This document shows positions 63,383 to 64,000 of a stretch of DNA of 64,000 bases, piece by piece. The notes below the pieces were generated by a model. That model saw nothing but the letters and a program-made list of their open reading frames with translations, searched no databases and was not told the DNA's origin. Both the position numbers and the translations under genes were made by a program. The stretch spans positions 16,648 to 80,647 of the forward strand of contig CAYRUZ010000004.1 in the NCBI GenBank assembly GCA_964427895.1, written 5' to 3'. The first letter of the stretch is position 1; every line of letters begins with the position of its first letter. The stretch is from an uncultured Candidatus Peribacteria bacterium. Lineage in GTDB: Bacteria; Patescibacteriota; Gracilibacteria; Peribacterales; Peribacteraceae.

Positions 63383-63767
63383 GGTCTGTTTTCCTTCGTG
63401 AGAATGAAACGGATTGAGAGCCACAGATCGATCTGCCTAAGAACATTCCGCATGATGTTTGACCGACGGCGTTCGCCGTGAGAAGGAGTTTTTGGGACTC
63501 CCATTTATGATGTGGTCACATCAAGCGGATGATCAGCGCAGAAACGATCGACGAATCAGAACAAGACAGGTGCCGCCTTTCGCGGCTCTAGTGGACACGG
63601 ACACACGGACATCAGTCACAATAAGCAACGGGTTAGTGGACACCTCCTTTCGAGATGACTGTGGATTGAAGCAACAACGCTCGAGTGCCCAGTAAAGGGC
63701 CGCTCGAACTGGCGTATTTTCCGCTCTTTCCATCAACCGTCAAGAGCATCGGTAATACTGCGATTTC

Positions 63768-63797
63768 TTGCCTCAGGAAGAAGTTTGGCGGTATATA
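63768..63797 (+). promoter_or_regulatory. promoter TTGCCT-N18-TATATA upstream of ssrA
   Basis: -35 at 63768-63773, -10 at 63792-63797. Predicts a ~45-nt 5' leader with hairpin GCGGGCCC(63815-63822)/GGGCCCGC(63838-63845). Confidence 0.4.
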
Positions 63798-63848
63798 CGA
63801 CCTATGCAAAAAGCGCGGGCCCCACGACGATTGTCGAGGGCCCGCTGA

Positions 63849-64000
63849 GGGGTGATCTGGTGGCGACGGGTGTCGCCGGAATCGAGCAATGGCTTACGCC
63901 GGGATGAAGTTCGAGAAAGTTATACCCTCCTCTCTACGAGAAGCACGAAGAACTACAGCGCTGGCGCCATCCGTGGCTCAAACAAGGTTGATCACCTCCA
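63849..64000 (+). ncRNA. ssrA: tmRNA (ssrA), 5' portion, truncated by the window end
   Basis: GGGGTGATCTGGTGGCGACGGGTGTCGCCGGAATCGAGC resembles tmRNA 5' ends recalled from memory (E. coli GGGGCTGATTCTGGATTCGACGGG; Thermus ..CTCGACGGGGGTCGCCGAGG). The 3' tRNA-like half lies outside the window. Confidence 0.55.

Noticed and set aside
63533-63736. 67-aa minus-strand ORF containing an internal AAGGAGGTG Shine-Dalgarno-like sequence
   Set aside because: Roughly half of its codons end in A/T, unlike native genes. No start codon at a suitable distance from the SD-like sequence. The genome otherwise does not use SDs.
63985-64000. GGTTGATCACCTCCA resembling the 16S rRNA 3' end
   Set aside because: The preceding sequence lacks helix 45 and the GCCCGTCACA region. 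The stretch is better explained as part of the tmRNA coding/pseudoknot region.

Overview
High-GC (about 60% by eye), very gene-dense bacterial chromosomal window. I found no rRNA, CRISPR array, transposase or integrase. Housekeeping genes: secF, tig, a relA/spoT homolog, rplJ-rplL, lexA-dinB, valS, rmuC, rpsO-pnp, an AspC/TyrB-type aminotransferase, pcrA/uvrD, rsmA, comEC, a pyrD-like gene, tRNA-Glu(UUC), and what looks like the 5' part of ssrA (tmRNA) running off the right edge. Lineage-specific content: a sugar island (GH15, HAD, HAD-kinase fusion, GT20-like, GH31); a two-component system next to a stand-alone CuA-type cupredoxin lipoprotein; an SLH wall protein; several small Cys-rich proteins; and orphan proteins of 854 aa and 1757 aa. 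Many long ORFs in the track are antisense artefacts of the high GC and were not called. Signals worth a second look: (1) a Phe/Tyr-rich 11-codon mini-ORF lying exactly over an intrinsic terminator upstream of the aminotransferase; (2) a genome-wide TAnnnT-N5-9-start-codon layout (leaderless mRNAs) with no Shine-Dalgarno sequences, which I also used to re-call starts; (3) an orphan ~500-nt promoter-to-terminator unit with no credible ORF; (4) a leaderless three-gene operon ending in a 1757-aa orphan membrane protein; (5) a low-GC, SD-bearing orphan gene that looks foreign; (6) a shared GGTG(G/T)A-N6-TCCACC palindrome at the lexA and rmuC promoters. Gene style resembles an uncultivated, possibly CPR/Patescibacteria-like lineage, but taxonomy cannot be settled by eye. 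No claim here is backed by a database search.
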